Shown: in pieces, positions 46,920 through 56,274 of the stretch
Layout of the letters: the number at the start of each line of letters is the position of its first letter
Position numbering within the stretch: the stretch's first letter is position 1
Source of the DNA: a virus
Lineage: Duplodnaviria; Caudoviricetes
Virus record (IMG/VR): IMGVR_UViG_3300007177_000352
Span: 1 to 64,000 of that record
Length of the DNA stretch: 64,000 nt
Reading direction: 5' to 3' (one strand)
Made by a program: the position numbers and the translations under genes
Notes under the pieces: generated by a model
Database searches by the model: none
Told to the model about the DNA's origin: nothing
The model's input: only the letters and a program-made list of their open reading frames with translations

Positions 46920-47162
46920 ATGGCGACACAGGCTATTTTGGCAGGAAATGATATGCAATCAGGTTTATCAGATGACCTGACTTTACTCTTAGTTAGAGTC
47001 AAGGATAAGTTAAACGGACTCTATGAGATATGGGGAGCTTTCAACGGAGGAGTAGCATCAAACTTTGGAAAATCAATACCATTTCATAGTGTGATTGATA
47101 TACCACTTAATGAAGTATTTTTTTTAGAGGACATAGACAATGAACCAGAACCAATTGGGTAA
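46920..47162 (+). CDS. hypothetical protein
   Basis: AAGGAG SD before ATG 46920. Confidence 0.45.
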   Translation: MATQAILAGNDMQSGLSDDLTLLLVRVKDKLNGLYEIWGAFNGGVASNFGKSIPFHSVIDIPLNEVFFLEDIDNEPEPIG

Positions 47163-47466
47163 ACCAATTGCAACGGCGAAGCAACTTTACGGTCTTTTAG
47201 ACGGGGTTGCCAGGTCACTTCAGAATTGCCAACCGGAAGGTGACCCGGTGGTTGAGTCAAGTGTTAGGGCGAGAGTGGCCAGTGAGATAATCCTCTTGCT
47301 TGGTGAAGCTGGTTATCCAGTCTCGGTTACTAAGATGACTCACATGGGAAGATATTCTCAATTTAGTATTACCTATGAGGTGAAGCTGGCAACTTTGTTT
47401 AATGAGGGTGACTATGAATCGGCCATCAGGGCGATTCAAAGTATCTTGACGGAGGAGGTCAAATGA
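47140..47466 (+). CDS. hypothetical protein
   Basis: GAGGA SD; overlaps neighbours in operon. Confidence 0.5.
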   Translation: MNQNQLGKPIATAKQLYGLLDGVARSLQNCQPEGDPVVESSVRARVASEIILLLGEAGYPVSVTKMTHMGRYSQFSITYEVKLATLFNEGDYESAIRAIQSILTEEVK

Positions 47467-48242
47467 CAACGATACCTCCATTAAGGTCAAGTCATGTTGA
47501 CGAATTACTGAGGAGTCCCGGTCATTATTTAAATATGCTGACTTCTCCTCAAAAGGATTCAGAGGCATTGAGGTTTGGTAGGCTTTTTCACTTCTTATTA
47601 TTGGAGTGCGATAATCCCGCTAAAGAGTTAGAACGGTATTGGTTTAAGCCACCTGAAGTTGACCTTAGAACCAAGGTCGGTAAAGAGTGGATTGCGCAGA
47701 AAGACCCATCTCTTAGATTGGATGAGGATGATTTTCACAATCTAAGGGGGATGTTAAAGTCAGTTGATAGTGACGAGTTTTTAAGAGGAGTGTTGCTATC
47801 ACCTTATACTCAAACAGAGTTACCACTAGCATGGCAAAACAGTGAGTATGATATACCTTGCACTGGTAAGGCCGACTTGGTTTATTATCCTCCTTTAGAG
47901 GAAAACCTAGACGGCGATTGTCTTATCATAGATTTTAAGACGACTGATGATGCAAGAAAACATAGCGTAGCATCCTCTATCAAAAGGTATCTTTATCACT
48001 GTCAAGCCGCTATGTATTGCGATGGCGTGACTCAAAAGTATCGCCTTGACAAAGAACCAAGGTACATGATTGTGGCAGTTGAGAAGCAACCGCCTTATGG
48101 GCTACAGAAGTATGAACTCTCATCTACTACGCTTGAAAAAGGACGAGAGATTTACTGGCAGGTTGCCAGTATTTATGCAACCTGCTTACGAAACAACGAT
48201 TGGCCTATTTACGAAGCCAAAATTGAGGTGTTAGATATATGA
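47463..48242 (+). CDS. RecE/exonuclease VIII-like PD-(D/E)XK nuclease (DUF3799-like)
   Basis: FGRLFH, CTGKADL, IIDFKTT, YHCQAAMY, VAVEKQPPY. Confidence 0.85.
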   Translation: MTTIPPLRSSHVDELLRSPGHYLNMLTSPQKDSEALRFGRLFHFLLLECDNPAKELERYWFKPPEVDLRTKVGKEWIAQKDPSLRLDEDDFHNLRGMLKSVDSDEFLRGVLLSPYTQTELPLAWQNSEYDIPCTGKADLVYYPPLEENLDGDCLIIDFKTTDDARKHSVASSIKRYLYHCQAAMYCDGVTQKYRLDKEPRYMIVAVEKQPPYGLQKYELSSTTLEKGREIYWQVASIYATCLRNNDWPIYEAKIEVLDI

Positions 48243-49051
48243 GTGACGAGACTAGACAAGAAGGCGTGATTGTAAGAAGAACGCCGACACAGACAAACTG
48301 GGATTTCAATCCCAGTATGTGGCAATTTGCAGAAATTTATTCACGGTCTGATGCCGTGGGTGATTGTTTTAAAGGCAAGCCAGATAATGTGTACATTGTG
48401 CTTCAACACGCTACGGTATTAGGTGTGCCTCCTTTAGAGGCTATCCAGGGAATGTATGTTGTCAAGGGTAAGGTGAGTGCATACGGTGATTTTTTACTCG
48501 CTTTGTGTATGCGACACTCCTCTTTTGAGGACATAATTGAGGAGTTTGTAGGTGAGGGTGATTCATTCACAGCAAAATGCACAGTGTGTAGAAAAGGACG
48601 TAGCCCAACCGTAAGGACTTTCTCAATACAAGATGCCAGAGATGCTGGTCTATGGAATAGGAATGCTGTCTGGAAGTCTTATTGGAAACGAATGCTACAG
48701 ATGCGGGCGAGAGGGATGGCATTAAGGGATTCGTTCCCTGACGCCTTGCATGGCATGTCTGTTATAGAGGAGTACGTCGGTGTTGAAGGCTACGAGGTTA
48801 AGTTACTTGACTACCCTGTCAAGCAAATTGCTAACGCCACAGACTCCTTGAGTGATGCCGATATGGCCACCTTGATAAGTGAGGTCAACTCCTTATTAGA
48901 AAGAATACCATGGGATAGAAAGGAAAAGGTTATCCAAACGCTATCTGAAAAGGGACTGACAATTGAGACAGCCGGCGCGGGATACCTGACAAAGATTAAA
49001 AGACGGTGCGAAGAATTGCTTGTCGAACCAGTTCCAGTGACTGAAACCTAA
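48239..49051 (+). CDS. recT: RecT-like single-strand annealing protein
   Basis: FKGKPDN, LEAIQG.YVVKGK, W..Y.KRML..RAR..ALRDSFPDALHG; adjacent to RecE-like nuclease. Confidence 0.8.
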   Translation: MSDETRQEGVIVRRTPTQTNWDFNPSMWQFAEIYSRSDAVGDCFKGKPDNVYIVLQHATVLGVPPLEAIQGMYVVKGKVSAYGDFLLALCMRHSSFEDIIEEFVGEGDSFTAKCTVCRKGRSPTVRTFSIQDARDAGLWNRNAVWKSYWKRMLQMRARGMALRDSFPDALHGMSVIEEYVGVEGYEVKLLDYPVKQIANATDSLSDADMATLISEVNSLLERIPWDRKEKVIQTLSEKGLTIETAGAGYLTKIKRRCEELLVEPVPVTET

Positions 49052-49210
49052 TTATGCCAATTTACCCTGAGACGCCGGCATACCATTCTAAAACTCAAAT
49101 ATTCAGCCGCCGTGACATCGGAGGGGCGGCTTCCTATAAGTGCCTTCATTTACTAGCAACCCTCCCCTGTTTCGTTAGAGGCACGGGAGGAATTAACTAA
49201 GAGACAACCC

Positions 49211-49558
49211 ATGAAACAGACGAGACAACTTAAACAGGTGACTATAGTAGGCTGTGATGGTAACTACCTAAAGAGTATCATAAGTCATCTTGACAGTCAA
49301 GGTTACGTGGTTAATAAGCATGTTGAAGGCCGTCATAAAAACGCACAGCATAGGTCAACTGCTATTATCCCAGCGGGAACGGAATTGGTGATAATGTTCA
49401 CTGAATATCTAAATCATAACATAAGAAACAATTTTGCAACGGAAGCTAAGAGATTAGGAATCAGGGTGCTTTACTGTAAGAATTCAGTAAGTCACCTTAG
49501 AGGTAAGTTAGGATGCCCAAAGACAGAGAGTACCAAGCAAGCTATGACCTGCGTATGA
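49211..49558 (+). CDS. DUF2325-like flavodoxin-fold protein
   Basis: VTIVG, ELVIMFTEYLNHN, AKRLGI.V.YC. Confidence 0.6.
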   Translation: MKQTRQLKQVTIVGCDGNYLKSIISHLDSQGYVVNKHVEGRHKNAQHRSTAIIPAGTELVIMFTEYLNHNIRNNFATEAKRLGIRVLYCKNSVSHLRGKLGCPKTESTKQAMTCV

Positions 49559-50511
49559 TAGAAGATGTTGGATGGCAAGCGGTGACATCTTTCTTAGATA
49601 GATTAGCACCTAATGGAAAGTGGACTACCAGTGGAGTATATAACGCTCTTAATCCCCAGAGGGACGATAAGAAACTAGGTAGTTTTAAGGTGATAACTCA
49701 CTCAAGATACTGGGGAGACTATGCAGTCGGCGTAGGTGGCAAGTCAGCGGTAGGACTTTGGTATTATTTAACCACTGGACAAACTTTACCTACCTCTAAG
49801 AATGAGTATGCCGAGGTTGCTAAAAAGTTTGCCGCGTGGTTAGCTATACCACCATCCAATCAAGTGTGTAGTTACACTAAGCCAGGTTACAAAGTGAATA
49901 CGCCGCCACCTAAGAAAGAGGTATTTAATCCCGATGTGCCTGACCACTTGTTAAGGAGGATACCCATGTATCATCATGAGTTAGGTGAACCATCTAATAT
50001 ATATTGGTATACCAGAAGCTATCTGGTCTATCGTTTTGAGGAGACGCCTGACCGTAAAAAGGAGTTTAGACCAGTGCATTGGTCTATGATAGAGAAGCGG
50101 TGGGTATTTGGTGACCCAGCCGGGTGTTTGTTGCCACTGTATAGAATAAACCACTTGCAACCGTCACAGAAAATCATCTTTTGCGAAGGTGAAAAGGCGG
50201 CGGACGCGGCTAGTCAATATTTTCCAACGGGATTATGTACAACCACCGCCCACGGTTCAAAGTCGCCTTATCGTTCCGATTTTGAGAAGGTCAAGGGGCA
50301 TGAGGTTATCATTTTTCCTGACAATGATTTAGCTGGGTTCTTATACGCCTGTCAGGTGGCAGAATTGTGTACTAAGGCAGTTGCCAGTCATGTCAAAATT
50401 GTCTATTGGAACTGCCGAGATGTACCAGAAAAATGGGATTTGGCAGACCCATTAGAAAGCGGGTGGCCCAAGGAGAAGTTACTCCAGTCGGTCAAGGTGT
50501 TTAATTGGTAA
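49513..50511 (+). CDS. TOPRIM-type primase (DnaG-like catalytic core), no helicase
   Basis: LPLY, IIFCEGEKAADA, IFPDND, KWDLAD; N-terminal NPQRDDKKLGSF...WGDYA; likely start ATG ~49555. Confidence 0.8.
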   Translation: MPKDREYQASYDLRMIEDVGWQAVTSFLDRLAPNGKWTTSGVYNALNPQRDDKKLGSFKVITHSRYWGDYAVGVGGKSAVGLWYYLTTGQTLPTSKNEYAEVAKKFAAWLAIPPSNQVCSYTKPGYKVNTPPPKKEVFNPDVPDHLLRRIPMYHHELGEPSNIYWYTRSYLVYRFEETPDRKKEFRPVHWSMIEKRWVFGDPAGCLLPLYRINHLQPSQKIIFCEGEKAADAASQYFPTGLCTTTAHGSKSPYRSDFEKVKGHEVIIFPDNDLAGFLYACQVAELCTKAVASHVKIVYWNCRDVPEKWDLADPLESGWPKEKLLQSVKVFNW

Positions 50512-50526
50512 AGAGGTTATATTAGA

Positions 50527-50967
50527 ATGGACTTTATTAAACGCGAAAAAGTAGAGGTAGGAACTAAGTTGGTAGTTGAACTTGGCAGCTCAGTTGTTCT
50601 AGTGGCACGTTACAAATCACAAAAACTACTCACAACGTACGGTACCGGTGGTTTTAAAGACGAGCCGGTTTTATTGACGGTGACTAAGTTTGGGAAGCGA
50701 GAATTTACGGCGATAGATAGGCATGAGAGTAAATACTATTTCTCCAACAAAACCGGCAAACGCAACGGATTCCATGATGAGGTTGCCTCGGTTGCCACCG
50801 AGTCACAGATTGCTGAAATTATGGCAATTATGGACTACAATCGGAAGGTTGCGACTGTTCGTTCAGTATTAGATACAGGGCCATGCCGTGCATGGGACAC
50901 CGTGATAGACGCGCTTACATCACCGTCACCTTATTACTGTCCAGATATAACCGCTGAGAGCGGCTAA
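50527..50967 (+). CDS. hypothetical protein
   Basis: AGAGG SD, 146 aa. Confidence 0.55.
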   Translation: MDFIKREKVEVGTKLVVELGSSVVLVARYKSQKLLTTYGTGGFKDEPVLLTVTKFGKREFTAIDRHESKYYFSNKTGKRNGFHDEVASVATESQIAEIMAIMDYNRKVATVRSVLDTGPCRAWDTVIDALTSPSPYYCPDITAESG

Positions 50968-50985
50968 AGACGTGGCTTTGTAACG

Positions 50986-51100
50986 GTTGAGAAAATTTGT
51001 GAAAAATTTTCGCAAATTTTCTCAACCTGTCTCAACTTTGCACAATTTGCGAAAGTTTGCTAAAATTTTTAGCAGGTTGAGAATAATTTTCGCAAATATT
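50986..51100. promoter_or_regulatory. second copy of the parC-like repeat cluster
   Basis: GTTGAGAAAATTTG(T/C)GAAAA(A/T)TTTTCGCAA nearly identical to 14777-14806, plus TTTTCTCAACCTG and CAGGTTGAGAA. Confidence 0.7.
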
Positions 51101-51126
51101 GATACAGGTGAATATAGGTATATAGA

Positions 51127-51411
51127 ATGTACGGAAAGAAGATAGACTTATTACAAAAAGAGGTGGTAAAAGGACTTAGAAAGATAGGGTGCTCAGTAGC
51201 CATACTAAGCGCAGTTGGAAAGGGAGTCCCTGATTTGTTAGTAGGCTTTAGAGGTGTGAATTTTTTGATTGAGGTCAAATCAAAAAAGACGGCGACTTTA
51301 ACACCAGACCAAGTTGAGTTTTTTAGAACTTGGAATGGTCAAGTCGCCGTGATTTACTCGGTGGAGGAGGCTATCAATTTAGTTTCCTCCTCAAAAAAGG
51401 ATATGTTCTAA
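51127..51411 (+). CDS. VRR-NUC domain nuclease
   Basis: GKGVPDLLVG...LIEVKS...LTPDQ.EF. Confidence 0.85.
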   Translation: MYGKKIDLLQKEVVKGLRKIGCSVAILSAVGKGVPDLLVGFRGVNFLIEVKSKKTATLTPDQVEFFRTWNGQVAVIYSVEEAINLVSSSKKDMF

Positions 51412-51429
51412 TTTAGAAGGTAACAACCA

Positions 51430-51666
51430 ATGAATAAACGTGCACCAAGAAGACAACATGGGAACTGGAATCAAAAAGGCGCCACTCCCTACTCGCTCAA
51501 ACAGCAACGGCGTAATGAAACTCTATCGTTAGCAGAGATAATGGAACGTAACAAAATCTCATTCAACGCGCTAAAGATTCTCGGTGGCAAAGGAGGGAAC
51601 TTAGATGACCCAATTAGCATTCAAAGAAGTAAGTCTCCTAAGAACGCGGCGACGTTACAACCCTAA
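51430..51666 (+). CDS. small hypothetical protein
   Basis: AAGG SD; operon context. Confidence 0.35.
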   Translation: MNKRAPRRQHGNWNQKGATPYSLKQQRRNETLSLAEIMERNKISFNALKILGGKGGNLDDPISIQRSKSPKNAATLQP

Positions 51667-51817
51667 GACGGGGACACGTATTATCAAGGTATCCATTCAT
51701 CTATATCAAGAGGAACTTGATACCTTGATAACAGAGGCTAAAGAAACAGGTATGAGCTTAGGTAAGCTCATTAAACAGAAATTGATAACAGGTAATATAG
51801 CATGTCAAAAGGTGTGA
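51605..51817 (+). CDS. small RHH/CopG-like DNA-binding protein (tentative)
   Basis: KVSIHLYQEELDTL...AKETGMSLGKLIKQ; GGAGG SD. Confidence 0.5.
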   Translation: MTQLAFKEVSLLRTRRRYNPKTGTRIIKVSIHLYQEELDTLITEAKETGMSLGKLIKQKLITGNIACQKV

Positions 51818-52347
51818 ATAAGGTCATCTTACTAGGGTATCTAGGACAAGACCCAGATGTGAAAACAAGTCAAGGCGGCATGACGATTGCTACCTTAAAC
51901 ATAGCAACCAATCGTAATGTCAAGGATGGTGAAAACTGGGTTGAACAAGCAGACTGGCATCGTGTAGTTTGCTTTGATAGGGTGGCCGAGGTTTGTAGAG
52001 ACTATTTAAGGAAGGGCTCCAAAGTCTATATAGAAGGCCGTCTGCAAACTCGTAAGTGGCAGGATCAACAAGGTCAAGATAGGTGGACAACGGAGGTGGT
52101 TGCTAGTGAAATGCTAATGGTAGGAGGCAAGGGGAACGGTGGTGAGAACGGTGTGAATGGCGGTAGTTATCAACCACCACCGGTACCGCAAACTTATCAA
52201 CAAATGCCACCGACTCAACCGCCGCAATATGGCAGGCCATACGAAAGGCAATCGTTACCACAGCCGGCGCAACCTCAGCAACCAACCTATCATCAAGTTA
52301 GTCACCAAGGTCAAGGGCACAACTTTGATGATGATATTCCATTTTAA
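51802..52347 (+). CDS. ssb: single-stranded DNA-binding protein
   Basis: GVNKVILLGYLGQDP, WHRVVCF, KGSKVYIEGRLQTRKWQD, C-terminal FDDDIPF. Confidence 0.97.
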   Translation: MSKGVNKVILLGYLGQDPDVKTSQGGMTIATLNIATNRNVKDGENWVEQADWHRVVCFDRVAEVCRDYLRKGSKVYIEGRLQTRKWQDQQGQDRWTTEVVASEMLMVGGKGNGGENGVNGGSYQPPPVPQTYQQMPPTQPPQYGRPYERQSLPQPAQPQQPTYHQVSHQGQGHNFDDDIPF

Positions 52348-52382
52348 AGTCAAGGTCACAAACTAAAATAAACCCCAAAACG

Positions 52383-52424
52383 TCGCTTTGAACTCCTAAA
52401 GTTTACCCCAGGAGTTCAAAGCGA
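52383..52424. terminator. hairpin terminator between convergent ssb and tail-fibre operons
   Basis: 15-bp perfect stem TCGCTTTGAACTCCT/AGGAGTTCAAAGCGA. Confidence 0.75.
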
Positions 52425-52442
52425 AGCTTTGTCTCTTGAAGA

Positions 52443-53267
52443 TTAAGTATAAACTCCTGTGTAAATAATATAGTTAAGAGAAATATTCGCGGGTTGAGTG
52501 CGGTTGCCGGTGCGGGGGGTACCAACTGACTTACTACCTATCTCTGCGCAAGGAGAAGTAACACCTGGGGTTGTTGTTTCTTCGCTATATCCTTGTGATG
52601 GGCTTGAATATCCATATATATGTAAATTTCCACTGGTGCTGTAAGTTAACAAGAAAGTATTGGGGTCGGAACTTTTCCAATGAGCTACTGCATAATGTGC
52701 ATGTCCCTGCATCATATCATTCTCATACTCCCCCAACGTCCCCGCCAACGCCGTTCCATTCGCCGTTGTATGAGTCGCGCTAGTCCCCGCACCTTTCACG
52801 AAAATCCCGCGGGTGTCCGGTAAATTGAATGTCGTCGTCCCGTTCCCAGTTCCGTAAGTCGTGCCAATGACTGCAAACAGCGCCGCATAATCGGTACGAC
52901 TTATCGCGCTACCATCGCACAAATGCCAACCGTTCGGTGCTGTTGCCCCGGCAAACATCGTTACCGCGCCAATGATAGACATTCCTGCTAATCCATCCCC
53001 TTGACTGTTAACTACTACCACATCACCGGGGTCGCCAATGTCACCGGCATCTCCTCCCGTCATCGCCACACTATTCACATATTCATACATGCTGGCTCGT
53101 GTGGGAAATAAATTGAGGGTTGCTGTCAAGCTACTCTGTGAATAAGTAGCATTTAGACTTTCGACCTGCGTACCAATGCTTTCAAAAGCATTGACAAACG
53201 CATAATATTGTTCTGACCAGTCACTTCCTAACGTCGGTGACCGTAAATAATTGTAGTTAATTGCCAT
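52443..53267 (-). CDS. tail fibre protein with tail collar domain
   Basis: GAVTMFAGATAPNGWHLCDGSAISRTDYAALFAVIGTTYG...FNLPDTRGIF; C-terminal TQPANISLNYII. Confidence 0.85.
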   Translation of the reverse strand: MAINYNYLRSPTLGSDWSEQYYAFVNAFESIGTQVESLNATYSQSSLTATLNLFPTRASMYEYVNSVAMTGGDAGDIGDPGDVVVVNSQGDGLAGMSIIGAVTMFAGATAPNGWHLCDGSAISRTDYAALFAVIGTTYGTGNGTTTFNLPDTRGIFVKGAGTSATHTTANGTALAGTLGEYENDMMQGHAHYAVAHWKSSDPNTFLLTYSTSGNLHIYGYSSPSQGYSEETTTPGVTSPCAEIGSKSVGTPRTGNRTQPANISLNYIIYTGVYT

Positions 53268-53279
53268 ATCACTTGACCT

Positions 53280-54155
53280 TTATTTGACTTCCCTTATTGA
53301 GAGGGAAAGTGAACGTGTACATACTGTTTCCCGCGGTATTTCACTCCATTCAGTTAATACACCCATCATCGTATGATGACGGCCCACAGTAGGCTTAACC
53401 GATGGGTAAGCGGAGACTAAAATGGGATAAGTTTTTCCTGCACTGTAAATTAAATCCCACAACACCACTTCATCTGCTTCTGTTAAATGGGTAAATTTTA
53501 AATTTTGAGTACGCCACGTCGGTTTTCTTTCAGTGCGTACCCCGCCGTTCCCTGTAATCGTCTGCTGACTTTCATCAATTCGATTCAGTGCATATCCCCA
53601 TGCAATATTCGAGTCCTCTGGTGACCATGAATCACCAATTCTTAACAACCCTGCCTGATAATAATCCTCGGTCGTTCCACTCAAAATCACCTGATAACTC
53701 GCCGCGGCGACGGTATCAAAAAACTTAACCGTAAACTTAGAAACCCACCCTTCATTACTATACCCACCAAAAAAATCACCAAAGCGTTGCCCGAATCCAT
53801 AGCTGATATTGTAGGCACCAAACGTCTGGTCGAATACCACTGCATTATTATAATCTAACAACTTCACTCTTACTGTTGTTCCAAATGAAAAGTTATGATT
53901 ATACAAACAGACATAATTCACCAGTCTCGTTTTGTTGAATGAACCGCTTAATGTTTGTTCTCCATTATCAAGAGAACGCCATGGGATGGAGGGTTGATTG
54001 TTTAATAGATTTGTAGCAGGTAGCGTTGCCACTTCGCTGTTATCATAACCACCAAAATATTGCCCAAACTCCTCCCCAAACCCGTGTACTCTTGAAGTAG
54101 ATTGGATAGTTGTTATCCAATTATGCCAAGCTATTTTAACTGCACCGTCAACCAT
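53280..54155 (-). CDS. minor tail / distal tail-like protein
   Basis: position in tail operon; YVCLYNHNF, IAWGYAL, ILVSAYP. Confidence 0.6.
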   Translation of the reverse strand: MVDGAVKIAWHNWITTIQSTSRVHGFGEEFGQYFGGYDNSEVATLPATNLLNNQPSIPWRSLDNGEQTLSGSFNKTRLVNYVCLYNHNFSFGTTVRVKLLDYNNAVVFDQTFGAYNISYGFGQRFGDFFGGYSNEGWVSKFTVKFFDTVAAASYQVILSGTTEDYYQAGLLRIGDSWSPEDSNIAWGYALNRIDESQQTITGNGGVRTERKPTWRTQNLKFTHLTEADEVVLWDLIYSAGKTYPILVSAYPSVKPTVGRHHTMMGVLTEWSEIPRETVCTRSLSLSIREVK

Positions 54156-54156
54156 A

Positions 54157-55908
54157 TTAGTACCAACCCTCTAGTTCTGAAATATTGCCTTTCGCCACTA
54201 CTTTTAAAACTTGCATAGCAACCCCGTTGCTGTACCCGTAGCGGTTAACAAACAAGTTAATAATTGACCCCGGTAGTATCTTGTAGGGACTAGAAATGGC
54301 TTGCAATGATACTTGATGACGTTGCACTTTAGCAATTGCAAACCTCTCATTGAGTAACTGGGTAATCCCCACCGTGGTGAGTATTTCTACATAAGCTGTC
54401 AGACCAGTTTGATTGTTGCCGGCGGAAGAGTTAGGGATGGTCGCGTCGATGGTTTTCGTAGTATTGTTGATAGCTGTAATAACCCATCTACCTCGATTAA
54501 CGGCGGCCACGCCAGTATTGATAGAAAGACTGTCGCCCACGGCGATTGAACTTAAATCGGGTGATTGTGAAAAACTAAATCGCACTGTTTGACCACTTTG
54601 AAAGGTAATGGTGGTGCAAGTGAGACCCATCAAGAAGGGGTCGAGTAATGTGCTAACCATCTCCTTATCCACAGCATTTAGGTATTTCACTTTAATACTA
54701 GCATCTTCCACCTCCAACACTCGGTATTCACTCCCCAACCAACCGACACGCTGTTTGGAACTAAAATTGGGTTGCGTAACACTCCCCGCTAACTGGTCTG
54801 GATTCTGAACGGTATGATTAACCTCATACCCTAATTTGTATCGCCAAACTGGTGTCCCTAAAGTCTTCACCTGCGGACTGTCCATCACCCAATCGGTGTC
54901 TTGCAATTCTAACACGGGACTGCTAGGGATGCTAATTTTAGTCACCGTGAACTTGCCATCATAATTGAAAAAATAAGAACACCCCAGGGATGCAAAAATT
55001 CGGTCTAAAATATCTAAAATATTTTCCCGTTGGACGAGATAAAATCCCATAGAATTATTCGACAGCACACTCATGGATGTGCTATCAATATCACTATCCG
55101 TCAGCCCGGCAATGTTCTTTAGAATGTGGGTTGTTATCGTTGCCGCGGTGTTTAACCATGCAAGAGGTTTGGCGCCATAACCATCCATCGTGATAGTTCC
55201 CACGGGTCGATAAACCAAGGTTATTGTCCCGTTGGTATTATCGGTAGTATAGCCAGTTATAGGTGTTAATAACACACCGTTATCATACACGTTTAACACT
55301 CTTTCAACCGCCCCATTATGCCACTGATAGAGGCCGCCCTGGACATTTTCATCTAATAAGACCGGTTCAATATTGCGTACCACCCCAAACGCCAACGGTT
55401 TAGGGTCTCCCTTCTTCGGACCTTGTGTCAGCAAGGTCTCGTTAATTGACTTATCTAATAAGCCAATTTTGTCTCGAATTACTAAGTTAAAAGTCCGCGT
55501 GTCGGAGAATTCAATATTCTCAATCACACCCACCAGAAAAGGCCGAACATTAAAGTCCGCCCATGCCCATTGTGGGTCCCCCAAGAGAACCGTAATTTTG
55601 CGTCCACTGAAAGAGAAGTTAATCCAATTATCTAATCCCCCATCGGTATTATCAATCGTAATGTTCCCGTATGTTGTATCCCCGCGGGGTGAATCAATAA
55701 AACTAACCTCTCTGGTAAATTCTAATGAGTTACTTAACAAACGTGCGTCGAATGCAACATTAGGCAATGCGTCAGTCGGCGCCGTAACATACTCATGATT
55801 TGAGATATAAAACGTCCTCTCTTGTGTATCATAACCATTGACCAGAATTAAGATACAACGCACTTTATCAGGGTCTGATAGCCACTGATTGTATTCATTT
55901 AATGTCAT
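54157..55908 (-). CDS. tail tip hub-like protein
   Basis: GNITIDNTDGGLD, KPLAFG.VRNIEPV, V.NVYDNG; likely start MTLNE. Confidence 0.65.
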   Translation of the reverse strand: MTLNEYNQWLSDPDKVRCILILVNGYDTQERTFYISNHEYVTAPTDALPNVAFDARLLSNSLEFTREVSFIDSPRGDTTYGNITIDNTDGGLDNWINFSFSGRKITVLLGDPQWAWADFNVRPFLVGVIENIEFSDTRTFNLVIRDKIGLLDKSINETLLTQGPKKGDPKPLAFGVVRNIEPVLLDENVQGGLYQWHNGAVERVLNVYDNGVLLTPITGYTTDNTNGTITLVYRPVGTITMDGYGAKPLAWLNTAATITTHILKNIAGLTDSDIDSTSMSVLSNNSMGFYLVQRENILDILDRIFASLGCSYFFNYDGKFTVTKISIPSSPVLELQDTDWVMDSPQVKTLGTPVWRYKLGYEVNHTVQNPDQLAGSVTQPNFSSKQRVGWLGSEYRVLEVEDASIKVKYLNAVDKEMVSTLLDPFLMGLTCTTITFQSGQTVRFSFSQSPDLSSIAVGDSLSINTGVAAVNRGRWVITAINNTTKTIDATIPNSSAGNNQTGLTAYVEILTTVGITQLLNERFAIAKVQRHQVSLQAISSPYKILPGSIINLFVNRYGYSNGVAMQVLKVVAKGNISELEGWY

Positions 55909-55994
55909 AAATTTTCGCCTGGCAATCTTTACTAAAACCGTATTTTTGAGAAATATTGAAACCAAGTTTCCGAGAAACTTGGTTTTCTTGATTA

Positions 55995-56273
55995 CTACTC
56001 GACTTCATAACAACTATAGAATGACCAATTCAGAACCTCTGGGATAAGGTTCTTAACAGGGTCTTGTACCACTTCAATCACTGTTTCTAAACCATGATTG
56101 TTTGATATAGATACACTAACTTTGTCATACCCAACATGTCGGTAAAAGTCGACGGTAGCATCAATTAAAATTTGTTTATTAAATCCCGCTTCCCGTGGTT
56201 GGGGAAGATGTATTACAAACAAAGGGCTATAACGTGGTTCTCTGATAAAAACGATAATGGCTGTTTTTTGCAT
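55995..56273 (-). CDS. small hypothetical protein inserted in tail operon
   Basis: 92 aa, followed by 12-bp hairpin at ~55959-55985. Confidence 0.45.
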   Translation of the reverse strand: MQKTAIIVFIREPRYSPLFVIHLPQPREAGFNKQILIDATVDFYRHVGYDKVSVSISNNHGLETVIEVVQDPVKNLIPEVLNWSFYSCYEVE

Positions 56274-56274
56274 A

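Noticed and set aside
49054-49200. 48-codon ORF with two GC-rich hairpins between recT and DUF2325
   Set aside because: No SD or recognisable motif; cannot distinguish from an ordinary intergenic region.
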